From Candidatus Aenigmatarchaeota archaeon (GTDB lineage: Archaea; Aenigmatarchaeota; Aenigmatarchaeia; CG10238-14; SCSR01): DNA of 36,813 nucleotides. Of this stretch, positions 36,131 through 36,813 are shown piece by piece. Under the pieces are notes generated by a model that was given only the letters and a program-made list of their open reading frames with translations, did no database searches and was not told where the DNA came from. The position numbers were made by a program, and so were the translations under genes. The DNA is taken from assembly GCA_026397385.1 (NCBI GenBank), contig JAPLUY010000005.1:1-36813 (forward strand). Reading direction: 5' to 3'. The first letter of the stretch is position 1. Every line of letters starts with the position of its first letter.

Positions 36131-36292
36131 TCTGAGTTTCAATTTTTTGATTGACAATCGATGTTTTGCACGTTCTTCGTTTTCATTTTTCCTTCAAACC
36201 TTAACTCCCAGCATGTGGATGGAATTTATTTAAATCGATTCAAATCATTATATACAGTTGCTGCGGCCGACGGGCCGCGCAGGCAGTCGAAC

Positions 36293-36813
36293 ATGTCCGA
36301 AAAGGTGCTTTCTGGCAGGGCCGGCGAGAAGGCCGTGATGCTCGGGAACGAAGCCATAGTGCGCGGCGCGCTCGAGGCGGGCGTGCAGTTCTCATCGACG
36401 TATCCGGGCACGCCGGCGAGCGAGATAGGCGATACTTTTGCGGCGATAGCGAAGCATGCGGGCGTCTACTTCGATGGGCGTGGACGGCGGGCTGGTCATC
36501 GCGTTCGCGGACGACCCCAGCGGATGGAGCAGCCTGCAGACCGAGCAGGACAGCAAGTGCTACGCCCGCATGATGCACATCCCCATGCTCGAGCCGTCGG
36601 ACTCGCAGGAGTGCATAGACTTCGTGAAGCGCGCGTTCGAGCTCTCGGAGAAGTTCAAGACGCCCGTTTTCGTGAGACTGACCACGCGCGTGGACCACAG
36701 CCGCAGCATAGTGAAGCTGGGCGAAGTGGTGCGCGGCACCCGCAAGGCCAGGTTCGTGAAGGACCACGAGCGCTATTTCACGATGCCGCCGGTGATAGTC
36801 GCGCTCCACGAGA
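36293..36813 (+). CDS. iorA: Indolepyruvate:ferredoxin oxidoreductase alpha subunit, 3'-partial, with internal deletion/frame break at ~36475
   Basis: MLGNEAIVRGALEAGV...YPGTPASEI, then in a new frame GVDGGLVIAFADDPS..SS..EQDS, LEPSDSQE and RLTTRV.H. Confidence 0.9.
   Translation, partial: MSEKVLSGRAGEKAVMLGNEAIVRGALEAGVQFSSTYPGTPASEIGDTFAAIAKHAGVYFDGRGRRAGHRVRGRPQRMEQPADRAGQQVLRPHDAHPHARAVGLAGVHRLREARVRALGEVQDARFRETDHARGPQPQHSEAGRSGARHPQGQVREGPRALFHDAAGDSRAPR

Noticed and set aside
35952-36292. Replication origin in the AT-rich intergenic region
   Set aside because: No repeated ORB-like boxes with G-strings and no adjacent cdc6/orc1; promoters and a micro-ORF explain much of it.
1-36813. 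CRISPR array or cas operon suggested by the Cas4-like and Cas2-like genes
   Set aside because: No regularly spaced repeats and no cas1 seen; the two genes are 8 kb apart in housekeeping context.

Overview
Archaeal chromosomal window (tbp, cdc48, type IA topoisomerase, archaeal MinD, iorA, TATA-type promoters). The backbone is GC-rich and carries many small lineage-specific genes. A DPANN-type lineage is my inference, not demonstrated. The left end holds a broken UvrD-helicase/PD-(D/E)XK nuclease gene. It is followed by a visibly AT-rich island (~1713-6930) with a stand-alone single-repeat (half) TBP, a two-subunit restriction-modification system lacking an HsdR motor, and three small unknown genes; the island ends next to the host's normal two-repeat tbp. 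Next come two convergent toxin-antitoxin-like pairs around a HAD hydrolase, each preceded by a diverged copy of the same apparently structured element. The rest holds topA, a membrane-anchored wHTH regulator with clear operators facing an ABC/S-layer-domain operon, cdc48, an HTH-CBS regulator divergent from a bacterial-type metK with a palindromic operator, a solo Cas4-like nuclease, rhomboid, an ABC-2 transporter, MinD, a SelO/kinase-like orphan and several tiny RBS-preceded basic micro-ORFs. Four abrupt internal deletions or frame breaks (~675, ~1096, ~24670, ~36475) most likely mark collapsed assembly gaps. No rRNA, complete tRNA, CRISPR array or integrase was recognised. All family calls are by-eye motif recognition; no searches were run.
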